Origin: a virus
Reading direction: 5' to 3' (one strand)
Virus record (IMG/VR): IMGVR_UViG_3300037483_001670
Location: 32,001 to 96,000 of that record
DNA length: 64,000 nucleotides
The notes below the pieces were generated by a model. That model worked only from the letters and a program-made list of their open reading frames with translations. It ran no database searches and was not told the origin of the DNA. Positions within the stretch are counted from its first letter, which is position 1. Each line of letters begins with the position of its first letter. Position numbers and translations under genes: made by a program. Below, piece by piece: positions 28,086 to 36,383 of the stretch.

Positions 28086-29873
28086 TCAAATCGTCGAACA
28101 GCGGTAGCAAGGTCCGCGTCTCTGCCGTACGGGTCGACTCCACGACCCTTAGGCGACGAAGCTGGGGAACATGACGGCCCTCGGGCCGAGGAAGCAAGCT
28201 CGCCAGCGCTCGCTATAAAGTCGCACGTTGGTGCATCTGTCCCAACCTTCCCCCTCGTGATTGATTCGAAAGAACTGATCGTCGGTCTTGGGGACAACCG
28301 TGGCCAGGTGCTCGAGGGCCCCACGCTCTCGAATCAACCAACAAGTGACACTCCCACGCACCCTCCCGCAAGGGAGGAGGGCGGAGATGCGGACCTTGCT
28401 GCTGCTGTTCCGGGCGCCGAGCCGGCGCCTGAGTTTCGGGTCACGCGCAACACGACGCGGTTCGAGATCGATCTGCGCGCGATGTCCGATCGTCTCAACG
28501 CGAAGCGAGAGAAGGGCCAGAAGCGCGTCATGGGGCCCGAAGAGAAGGAGCTCCGCGGTGCGCTCGAGAACGTGGCGCGGCTTGCGACGACGGCGCGCAA
28601 CGTGGCGATGCGCGCGAACGAGCGACGGGACGCCGAGGCGCTCGATCGCTACTTGCTCGAGCATGGGGCGATGCCGCGGAAGATGGCCGGCATCTTTGCC
28701 CCGGTCCGGAAGTCGGGCGTCGACACCGGCGGGCACGAGGTTTACTCCTACCCGCTGATGCGCCGGGCGTGCCCCGAGCTCTCGACCAACATGGTGGCCA
28801 CGCTCCAGAAGGACGTGGACGGCAAGTGGGTGCAGGAGCGCTACGACGTGCTCGTGCGGCAGACGCGCAGCCGGCCGCACTTCAAGATGGGGCAGCCGTT
28901 CCCGATCCCGGCGGCCTCGCTCAATCTCAAGGCGGCGGGCGATTCCCTGCTCTTGTCGATGGCGTTCTACTCGCAGTCGCACGAGGGGACTCGTCGGTTC
29001 ACGGTGCCGATGCGTCCGCGGGACGACCACCAGACGAACATCCTGGCGCGCATCGCGTCGGGCGAGTGGAAGCACGGCCAGGCCGTCTTCGAGCAGGACC
29101 GACTCCGTCCGTGGAAATGGTACGTGCGGCTCGCGTACAAGCGGCTCATCCCGAAGGCCCGGCAAGGGATCGCGGCCGGCATCAACCGCGGCTGCCGGGC
29201 GATGATCGCGGCGTGGACCGAGACCGGCGAGGCGTGGATCTACGACGGCCAGGACATCGAGGCCTACCTGAAGCAGATGCAGGCGAGGCGTCGTCGGTTC
29301 CAGAACGCGTCGAAGGCGTCGGGCCGGCACGGCCATGGTCGAGCTCGCATGCTCCGGCCGACGGAGGCGCTCGAGGGCAAGGCGCAGCGCTACCGGCAGA
29401 CGCGCTGCCAGGTCATCGCCCGCCGCCTCGCGCGCTGGCTTTTCGAGCGGCACGTCAACATCGTCTACATCGAGGACTTCGGCGGCATCCGCGACGGCTT
29501 GCCCGAGAACCTCGAAGGCGGCAAGTACGTTTGGGACCGCATCCAGGAGTGGCCGTATTCCCAGCTCCAGATGCGTCTCGTGGCGTGTCTCGAGGAGCTC
29601 GGCATCGAGGCCACGTCGGTCAGCGCGTCGTACATTTCGCAGACGTGTCCCGCGTGCGGACACACCGCGGAAGCGAACCGCGATTGGAAGTTCTGGCGGT
29701 TCAAGTGTACCGCGCCGGGCTGCAAGTATCGGCGGCACCTCGACGTGGCGGCCGCGCAAAACGTTTGCGCGAGAGGCAAGGCAACGACGGCGGAAGGGGT
29801 CAGCGAAAACGCGGCGTTGCCGAACGGCCCGAAGGGCTCGAAGCGAACCGCTCGCAAACCTAGGCGTAAGTAG
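28083..29873 (+). CDS. cas12: TnpB/Cas12f-like type V effector, predicted nuclease-dead (true start uncertain)
   Basis: RuvC-I AGINRG (N368 where Asp is expected), RuvC-II IVYIEDF (E464), Zn finger SQTCPACG..CTAPGC, RuvC-III HLDVAAAQNV (D554); 28 nt from a CRISPR array. Confidence 0.85.
   Translation: MSNRRTAVARSASLPYGSTPRPLGDEAGEHDGPRAEEASSPALAIKSHVGASVPTFPLVIDSKELIVGLGDNRGQVLEGPTLSNQPTSDTPTHPPAREEGGDADLAAAVPGAEPAPEFRVTRNTTRFEIDLRAMSDRLNAKREKGQKRVMGPEEKELRGALENVARLATTARNVAMRANERRDAEALDRYLLEHGAMPRKMAGIFAPVRKSGVDTGGHEVYSYPLMRRACPELSTNMVATLQKDVDGKWVQERYDVLVRQTRSRPHFKMGQPFPIPAASLNLKAAGDSLLLSMAFYSQSHEGTRRFTVPMRPRDDHQTNILARIASGEWKHGQAVFEQDRLRPWKWYVRLAYKRLIPKARQGIAAGINRGCRAMIAAWTETGEAWIYDGQDIEAYLKQMQARRRRFQNASKASGRHGHGRARMLRPTEALEGKAQRYRQTRCQVIARRLARWLFERHVNIVYIEDFGGIRDGLPENLEGGKYVWDRIQEWPYSQLQMRLVACLEELGIEATSVSASYISQTCPACGHTAEANRDWKFWRFKCTAPGCKYRRHLDVAAAQNVCARGKATTAEGVSENAALPNGPKGSKRTARKPRRK
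28350..28380 (+). ncRNA. candidate tracrRNA element (anti-repeat plus GNRA hairpin)
   Basis: ACTCCCACGCA pairs with repeat nt 19-30 (11 bp, one bulge); followed by CCTCCC-GCAA-GGGAGG. Confidence 0.4.
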
Positions 29874-29901
29874 TGGAAAGTGTTGCTGTGCGGAACGAGC
29901 C

Positions 29902-31191
29902 GTCGGAACGAGTGAAGAATGCAGTGGGAGTTGGAGGAGCATCATCCAAAGCGCCAAGATCGATTGGGCCGATCTGTCGGAACGAGTGAAGAATGCAGTG
30001 GGAGTTGGAGGTTAATCCGCACTTACGCCCGTCGACGACCGATGGGCCGCGTCGGAACGAGTGAAGAATGCAGTGGGAGTTGGAGGTTGGAAGTCGGCGC
30101 TCTTCACGTCGATTCCAGCGGTAGGTCGGAACGAGTGAAGAATGCAGTGGGAGTTGGAGGAACCACCCCAACGACGACGTCGACTTTTCGATCAAGGTCG
30201 GAACGAGTGAAGAATGCAGTGGGAGTTGGAGGGTGCACGCGGTCTCGAAACATATGAATCGCACTTCGGCGGTCGGAACGAGTGAAGAATGCAGTGGGAG
30301 TTGGAGGGCGTCCCGATACGTCACCACGATCGAACTCTGCGCCGTCGGAACGAGTGAAGAATGCAGTGGGAGTTGGAGGAACATAGCGACGCGCGCAAAC
30401 TACGGTTGCATGCTCGCGTGTCGGAACGAGTGAAGAATGCAGTGGGAGTTGGAGGCAGATCCAGCAGTCGAAGACTAAGACACCTGTTGAGATGGTCGGA
30501 ACGAGTGAAGAATGCAGTGGGAGTTGGAGGGACGTTGCTCGGGGCTGCTCTCGACGCACAGGGCGTCGGAACGAGTGAAGAATGCAGTGGGAGTTGGAGG
30601 CCGGTGATGCGTGAGCGGCCGCTCGGCTCGTGCGAGGTCGGAACGAGTGAAGAATGCAGTGGGAGTTGGAGGCGTATGAGAGAAATACAACCGCACCGCG
30701 CCAAACCCAGGTTCGTCGGAACGAGTGAAGAATGCAGTGGGAGTTGGAGGTTGGCACGGGGCTTATCGTCGTCCGACGCTTCGCGGCGGTCGGAACGAGT
30801 GAAGAATGCAGTGGGAGTTGGAGGCTAGAAGGCCAAGTGGATCCCCGCCCGTAGCGCGCGTAGGGTCGGAGCGAAGCGCAGTGGAAGTTTGGAGGAACGC
30901 TGGTAACCATCTCGCTGTTGTTACCAACTTTGCCGGAGCGAGCGCAAAAACGCAGTGGAAGTTGGAGGATGGGCTGCCTGCCGTGAGCTGATTAGCTGGC
31001 CCGCGGGCCCGGAACGAGTGAAGAATGCAGTGGGAGTTGGAGGCGGCAGCATTCACCCTATTGACGACGTGAGTGCCCGACGGAAATGAGCGAAGATGTT
31101 GTGGGAGTTTGGAGGTCCGGTTCGATACGTGTCGTTCGATGGAGCTGGAGGTCAAACGGAGGTCGCGAAAAGAGGCAGTGGGAGTTGGAGG
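29902..31191 (+). CRISPR. CRISPR array: 13 identical 36-nt repeats plus 5 degenerate, 17 spacers
   Basis: Repeat GTCGGAACGAGTGAAGAATGCAGTGGGAGTTGGAGG at 29902, 29976, 30051, 30125, 30197, 30272, 30344, 30420, 30495, 30565, 30637, 30715, 30789; degenerate at about 30865, 30932, 31008, 31080, 31155; unique 34-42-nt spacers. Confidence 0.97.
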
Positions 31192-31222
31192 ACCGTGTCC
31201 ATGGATTTCTCAGGTGCAGTCG

Positions 31223-31642
31223 ATGAAAAAGTCAACCAAGAGACGTGAAGCGCGGCCGTCGCGCGTGGAGCTGATCGACGTCGTGCGCGAACTGCTCCTG
31301 GGCGTGCGCCTCACGCGTCAGACGGTCATGCGCATGGGCGTGTCGTCAGCAACCGCGGACCGCTGGCTCGAGATTATCCTCAGCAAGATCCCGCGGGTCG
31401 TGAAGATGCGCAGCGGCAACACGTCGGCGTACGAGTGGCGTGGGCACCTGGTCGTTCCGAAGCCGACGGAGTTTCATGTGGATCCCGAGAACGGGAGCGA
31501 CGACAACTCAGGCACGAGCATCGCGCCGTTCAAGACGTTCGCGAAGTTGAACAGCGTGCTTCGGCAGGGCCCAATGGTGTACCCAGGCGGGCTGACGATC
31601 AACCTGCCGAGCGTCAACGTATCGAAGCGGAAGCGTCGGTAG
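31223..31642 (+). CDS. HTH-like protein immediately downstream of the array
   Basis: LTRQTVMRMGVSSATADRWLEII resembles an HTH recognition helix; ATG at 31223. Confidence 0.55.
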   Translation: MKKSTKRREARPSRVELIDVVRELLLGVRLTRQTVMRMGVSSATADRWLEIILSKIPRVVKMRSGNTSAYEWRGHLVVPKPTEFHVDPENGSDDNSGTSIAPFKTFAKLNSVLRQGPMVYPGGLTINLPSVNVSKRKRR

Positions 31643-31657
31643 TGGAATTGGTGGCTG

Positions 31658-32231
31658 GCAGCGTGGGAGTTTTGGAGGCGCATGATGGCGAACCCGTAGC
31701 AGTTGCGTCGGCTGTGAAGAATGGAAGCGTGGAAGCTGGAGGTCGGGACTTTCTCGAGGGTTTGGGAGTTGGAGGCATGTAGTCGTCGATTACCGCGTGG
31801 GAAGTTGGAGGCATATACTCTCGCGTGCCGGCGGGAGCGGAGGAACCGTGGACCATTGGTGGTTCCGCCAGGGTGCGTGAAGCTGGAGGCAATGAGGTCG
31901 AAATCGGAAGGCTGGGAGCCATGGAGGAACGAGGGCGTCCGGCTGCGTGTTGCGTCTGCCAACGTACGCAGCACGACGACGGGTCGAGCGTGACGTGGAA
32001 ATGCCAGGTGTGCGAGCGGACCGTGTGCCGCGGCTGCACGCTCGTCATTCCCGGGTCAACCCCGCCCGAGTATTACTCGATGACGCTCTGTTCGACGGCG
32101 TGCAGGGAGCAGGCCGGTCGTGATCGTTTGGGAGCTGGAGGTTCAATCAGGTCGAAATCGGGAGCTGGAGGTTGACCATGTCGTGGCAGCGTGGGAGCGC
32201 TGGAAGCGAGCAATTCGTGGGGAGCTGGAGG
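31658..32231 (+). repeat. degenerate CRISPR-repeat remnants
   Basis: GTGGGAG(T/C)TGGAGG-like 3' halves ending at 31678, 31742, 31775, 31811, 31889, 32141, 32171, 32231; near-full copy at 31707-31742. Confidence 0.7.
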
Positions 32232-32249
32232 AACGTCCCGTGAGAGGAG

Positions 32250-33227
32250 TCAGGCGGCCGGGAGGAGGTTGAGCCACACACGGTGCTCGGCCCCCTTCCC
32301 GCCGACGGCTTCCCAGCTCGTCCATTGGCACCGTGCGCGGCCGATCGGATCGCGCTTGTCGTAGTGTGGGTTGTCGGCCAAGAACGCGTCCTCGGCCTCC
32401 TCGTAGGCGGCGATGGCCTTTTCGTTGAACTTGCCGTCCCGCTTCGAGATCGTCTTCTCGAACCGCGTTCGGTGGTCCGCCCGCGGGAACATGACGCCGA
32501 GCAGCCGCGCGTCGAGGCAGATCGTGTCCTGGCCGAGCAGCGCGAGCGTAAACGACAGCTTCGCCAGGCCGAGCCCCTCGGGCGGCGGCGCCTGGAGGGC
32601 TAGCACGCGCCGGAGCTCGCGGTCCCGGTAGCCCGTGCCCATCGCCTCGCGGATGACGGGCACGTATTTGGCGACGGCATCGAAAACGGCCGTCTTCGTG
32701 TTTTGAAGCCCGACGAAGCACCGTTTGAGCTTCGAGAGATCGGGCATCTGCCGGCCGCGCGCGCGGTAGAGCTCGGCGAAGCAGTTGAACGCGATCTCCG
32801 CCTGGTCGATGCGCGTACGCACCGTCGAGACGGCAAAGAGCGCCGACACCCGAATCGCGTCCTCGCTCGGTACACGCATGCGGTGCCTGCGGAGGTAAAC
32901 CTCGGCTGCCGGAAAGCCCGACAAGGCTTCTTCGGGCAGGAGCGGGAACTGGTCGCCTTTCGGCGCGTAGCGCGGCCGGCGGTTCGCGACCAGGCGCTCG
33001 ACCCACTTTTCGGACACGCCGAGCTCGACCCCGTAGTACACAGCGGCCGGGTCGACGCTGACGAGCGTGATGATGTCCTCGGGTCGAAACTCGACGAGCT
33101 GAATGCGCACCGGATCGAAGCCGATCAGGGCCGGGCTGCCGTCGGTTTCGGTGCCGACGAGCACGATCGACACGGAGTCCTCGTTGCGAACGATGGCGAA
33201 CGGGAGGGCCGGCATGGCGCCCTCCAT
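32250..33227 (-). CDS. HhH-GPD DNA-glycosylase-fold-like protein
   Basis: PEGLGLAKLSFTLALLG..ICLDARLL resembles the HhH hairpin plus downstream Asp. Confidence 0.45.
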   Translation of the reverse strand: MEGAMPALPFAIVRNEDSVSIVLVGTETDGSPALIGFDPVRIQLVEFRPEDIITLVSVDPAAVYYGVELGVSEKWVERLVANRRPRYAPKGDQFPLLPEEALSGFPAAEVYLRRHRMRVPSEDAIRVSALFAVSTVRTRIDQAEIAFNCFAELYRARGRQMPDLSKLKRCFVGLQNTKTAVFDAVAKYVPVIREAMGTGYRDRELRRVLALQAPPPEGLGLAKLSFTLALLGQDTICLDARLLGVMFPRADHRTRFEKTISKRDGKFNEKAIAAYEEAEDAFLADNPHYDKRDPIGRARCQWTSWEAVGGKGAEHRVWLNLLPAA

Positions 33228-33525
33228 GGTACCCCAAAAAAACTTGACCTACCAAATCCCCCGTGCGGGGTGATAAAGACGATCGGTATTGTGAGTGCTC
33301 GCCTCTTCTACGCCGCTTGTGCGCAGGCGCTCCAGGCCGCCAGCGAACGAAATAGCGTCGCCGTCCAAAGGGCGCTCGGCGATGCATGGCGGCAGCTGAA
33401 CGAGGCGTCTCCGCTGCTGAAGGCGCGCGGCGAGCTCGGGGCGATCGATTCGTTGAAGGAAGAGCTGCGCCAGACGGCCGAAAGCTGCCGGCGCAGCCTC
33501 CGGCCACGCAAAAAGGGAGAGAGCC

Positions 33526-34032
33526 ATGGGTACAGCGAAAGCACAACGAATCGCTCGCACGTCACCATCCGTCAGCACACGCAAGGTGCACCTCAGGCGC
33601 CAGTTTCGAGCGGTCAAGTTCCTGACGACGGTCAGCACGGTGGCAGGGTGGTTCGCGATGTGGGCCGTGCGGCAGAGCCCCTACGGCTACCCGGACAAGC
33701 TCGACAAGGTGGTGCACCGCCTGCGGCGCGAGCTCCTTCACCACGCCCGGAGCGTGCCGAAAGCCAATCGCCTCATGAAGGCGGCCGGGATGTTCACGAT
33801 CGATCAGAACGCGCTCGAGGATCTCATCCTGAGCGTGCTCAAGCCGTGCCGCGAGTTTCAAAAGTGGAACCAGCGCAAGAACGGCAACAAAGCACCGTTC
33901 GGTATCAGCACCCGCTACGACGATCCGTCGAAGCGCGATCCCGATGATGATTTCATCGATCTCGACGCGCTCGCGCGCAACGTGGCGCACGGTGTAGCCG
34001 CCGAAGAGATCGAAGCGAGCAAGCACGACTGA
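33526..34032 (+). CDS. hypothetical protein
   Basis: 168 aa with SD. Confidence 0.5.
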   Translation: MGTAKAQRIARTSPSVSTRKVHLRRQFRAVKFLTTVSTVAGWFAMWAVRQSPYGYPDKLDKVVHRLRRELLHHARSVPKANRLMKAAGMFTIDQNALEDLILSVLKPCREFQKWNQRKNGNKAPFGISTRYDDPSKRDPDDDFIDLDALARNVAHGVAAEEIEASKHD

Positions 34033-34218
34033 GAGGTCGGGGCCCCACGCGCATCGGCGGGTCGCTAGCCCCGCGTCGAAGACTGGTCGATGGTCCGCCC
34101 GCTTTTTCCCGAGTCCCTCTTGCCGGAGGTGGCAGGGCGCTGCGGCTCTACGTCTTCCGAGACCTTCCGAATCGTGCTTGCTCGGGTAGACGACGCGTGG
34201 CGAGCCGGTTTCTGACAA

Positions 34219-34956
34219 CTAGATCGACGCGAGGATGCTTTGCGCGGCCGCCGCCGGGTCAAAGGCATCGCGGATGGGCGAGCCGACCACGATCATGGAC
34301 GCTCCGTCGGCCATGGCCTGCTTTGGCGTGCCGATGCGTTGTTGGTCGTCCGGCATGACGACCCCCGCCGCGCGCAGCACGGCGGACGCCTGGCGAAGGG
34401 TTCCGGTGTCCAACGGCCGAATCCCGGGAACGAGCAGAAACCGGTCTGGCGCGCCCCGGCGCAGGGTCGCTACCTCCCGCGGCGAGCACACGAAGTCGTT
34501 CACCCCGAGCGCGGCGGCATAGCCCGAGAGAAACCCGACGCGCGCCGACACGCTCGTCGAGGGTCCCATCGACAGATCTTCCAAGTCCTCCCCCTGCATC
34601 GAGGTCAGCACGGTGACGCCCAAGAGCCGGATGCCGAACGGCTCCGCGGCGCGCGCGGCCGCTTCCATGGTGGCGCGCTGCTGGATGTGCATCGTCACGA
34701 ACTTCACGCCGAGGTCCCCGGCCGCTGCGACCGCGCGGGCCACGGTCCGCGGGATGTCGTGCAACTTGAGATCGAGGATGATCGGCCGCGCGGTTTGCTG
34801 CGGCGTCGGCAGCTTGCCGCTCGCGATGAAGAGCTCGAGGCCGACCTTGAACGCTCCGACGTGGTCCTCGAGCAGGTGGATGTAGCGATCGGCGTCGTCC
34901 TTGGACGGCAGGTCGAGAGCGAAGCAGATCGGGTTCGTAATTGTTTCCGAGCTCAT
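34219..34956 (-). CDS. pyrF: orotidine-5'-phosphate decarboxylase
   Basis: FALD; FKVGLEL; DLKLHDIPRTV; VTVLTS; VPGIRP; DDQQRIGTP; IVVG.PI. Confidence 0.95.
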   Translation of the reverse strand: MSSETITNPICFALDLPSKDDADRYIHLLEDHVGAFKVGLELFIASGKLPTPQQTARPIILDLKLHDIPRTVARAVAAAGDLGVKFVTMHIQQRATMEAAARAAEPFGIRLLGVTVLTSMQGEDLEDLSMGPSTSVSARVGFLSGYAAALGVNDFVCSPREVATLRRGAPDRFLLVPGIRPLDTGTLRQASAVLRAAGVVMPDDQQRIGTPKQAMADGASMIVVGSPIRDAFDPAAAAQSILASI

Positions 34957-35191
34957 TCGTATTCCTTTACGAGGTCAAGTGGAGCAGGTGGGACAGCGGG
35001 GACCGACCGGCACGAGTTTGCTGCACGTCTTGCAATAGTAAAATGGGTCGCCGCCTGGCATGACCTTCTTCAATCCTTCGCCGTTGTTGAGCCGCGAACG
35101 GAGCTCGCAGAGCTCGGCGGCGGTCATCTCGCACGCGAGGTCCGTGATGAGATCGGAGACGCTGCCCCGCCACGCGACACGGACAGTCACC

Positions 35192-35518
35192 TCAGGCCTC
35201 CGCCGCGGGCGTCTCGGTCACCTTGCCGGCGGCGTGCGCCAGCGCCCGAGCGAGCCACAAGATTTCCACGGCCGCGTCGTAGGCCGTCGTGAGGTTGCCG
35301 GATTGCATCGCCTTGACGAAGATCGCGCCCGCGCCGACCGTGGCCTGGCCGAGGTCGTCCGGCAGCACCTCATCGGTCCCCAGCGCTTCGACGAGGCCGC
35401 GCCGAATGGTCGGACCTCGATCGGCCATGGCAGCGACGAGCGCCGCCATCACCTCTTGCTTCGTGGGCAGCTGTTTGCGGCTTTGCGCGGCGAGGCCGCG
35501 TCGTTCGTGTCGGCTCAT
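35192..35518 (-). CDS. hypothetical protein
   Basis: ATG at 35518, coupled. Confidence 0.5.
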   Translation of the reverse strand: MSRHERRGLAAQSRKQLPTKQEVMAALVAAMADRGPTIRRGLVEALGTDEVLPDDLGQATVGAGAIFVKAMQSGNLTTAYDAAVEILWLARALAHAAGKVTETPAAEA

Positions 35519-35934
35519 CGGGGGAAGAGTCCTTTCTCGCGGCCAGCGGCGAGAATCGCCGCGATGGCTGCCTGGGTCAGCACCGGGATGTGGATGTAGT
35601 CGCACCAGCGGCACGAGGGCACTTCTGCGTACCAGCCTTGGCGCTTGTCCGACCAGCGCCAGGTGTGCTGCTGGAGCGTGAACTTGGGCGCGGCCGCGTC
35701 GCAGCACCTCTCCTGCGTCGCGCGCTCGAGCGTCAGAAGGTCCGCGTGGGCGATCTCGACCGTGACGACGTGGCCCTCGCACTCGTCGTTCAGCTCGACT
35801 ACGTCGTCCGGCATGAAGTCGACGTTTTCCTCGACCTCGACCACGAACCACCCCTCCTCCGCGTCCGAGCGCAGAATCGCTTCGAGGTACCGTCGGTCCT
35901 CGCGGTTCAGCTGGATCAACTGCGGCGCGGGCAT
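35515..35934 (-). CDS. hypothetical acidic protein
   Basis: 139 aa, coupled. Confidence 0.55.
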   Translation of the reverse strand: MPAPQLIQLNREDRRYLEAILRSDAEEGWFVVEVEENVDFMPDDVVELNDECEGHVVTVEIAHADLLTLERATQERCCDAAAPKFTLQQHTWRWSDKRQGWYAEVPSCRWCDYIHIPVLTQAAIAAILAAGREKGLFPR

Positions 35935-36344
35935 CAGATCGCTGCGTCAGCGTCGAAGACGTCGTCAGTCGCTTGCTGCGGAGCGTTCGGGAGCCAGAAC
36001 GCATCGAAGTGCATCTGTCGTTCGTCGGCCGGCACCTGCCGCTTCGGTCGCTCGAACACGGCTGCGAACTTCCCCTGCGACACCTCGCGCAGCCACGCGA
36101 GCTCGGCCGGTCGGAGCCATGCGTGCGGCGGAATCGAAGTCAGCGCCTCCAGGGCAAACATGATGGCCATGCTGCTCGGGCGCGCGGGGTCCTCGGCGCG
36201 GCACCAGTAGGACACGGTGGCCGGCGTCAAGTTCAGCACCCGCGCCATGCCGGCGAAGGTGCGGGACTTGTCGGCCTCGAACCAAATGCGGAGCGCTTCG
36301 TGCCCCGGAGCTTCGTTCACCACAGCAGATTCTGGCGACGTCAT
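35934..36344 (-). CDS. Cro/XRE-like HTH protein, possibly leaderless
   Basis: TFAGMARVLNLTPATVSYW; ATG at 36344 directly after the motif. Confidence 0.7.
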   Translation of the reverse strand: MTSPESAVVNEAPGHEALRIWFEADKSRTFAGMARVLNLTPATVSYWCRAEDPARPSSMAIMFALEALTSIPPHAWLRPAELAWLREVSQGKFAAVFERPKRQVPADERQMHFDAFWLPNAPQQATDDVFDADAAI

Positions 36345-36383
36345 CGTTACGATCGTACTACCCGGCGCGCGCGTAGCTGTCAA
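36342..36383 (-). promoter_or_regulatory. promoter/operator (site 5)
   Basis: Minus strand TTGACA (36383-36378) N17 TAGTACGATCGTAACGATG. Confidence 0.8.

Noticed and set aside
28387-28758. ATG with a strong SD as the effector start (MRTLLLLF...)
   Set aside because: It is out of frame with the RuvC ORF and its product looks like a shadow frame; the GGAGG is part of the GNRA hairpin. A frameshift cannot be fully excluded without reads.
28083-29873. Ordinary IS200/IS605 or IS607 tnpB transposon
   Set aside because: No tnpA or serine recombinase is adjacent, no terminal hairpin ends are evident, and a multi-spacer array sits where the omegaRNA/right end would be.
31071-31080. Self-targeting by spacer 16 (GAGTGCCCGA also at 10927 and 11242)
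   Set aside because: Only about 10 nt match, at the spacer/degenerate-repeat junction; expected by chance.
29860-31155. ORFs across the array (repeating LQLPLHSSLVPT or VGTSEECSGSW)
   Set aside because: These are translations of CRISPR repeats, not proteins.
28083-31191. CAST (type V-K)
   Set aside because: No tnsB, tnsC or tniQ in the window, and RuvC-II Glu and RuvC-III Asp are retained, unlike typical Cas12k.
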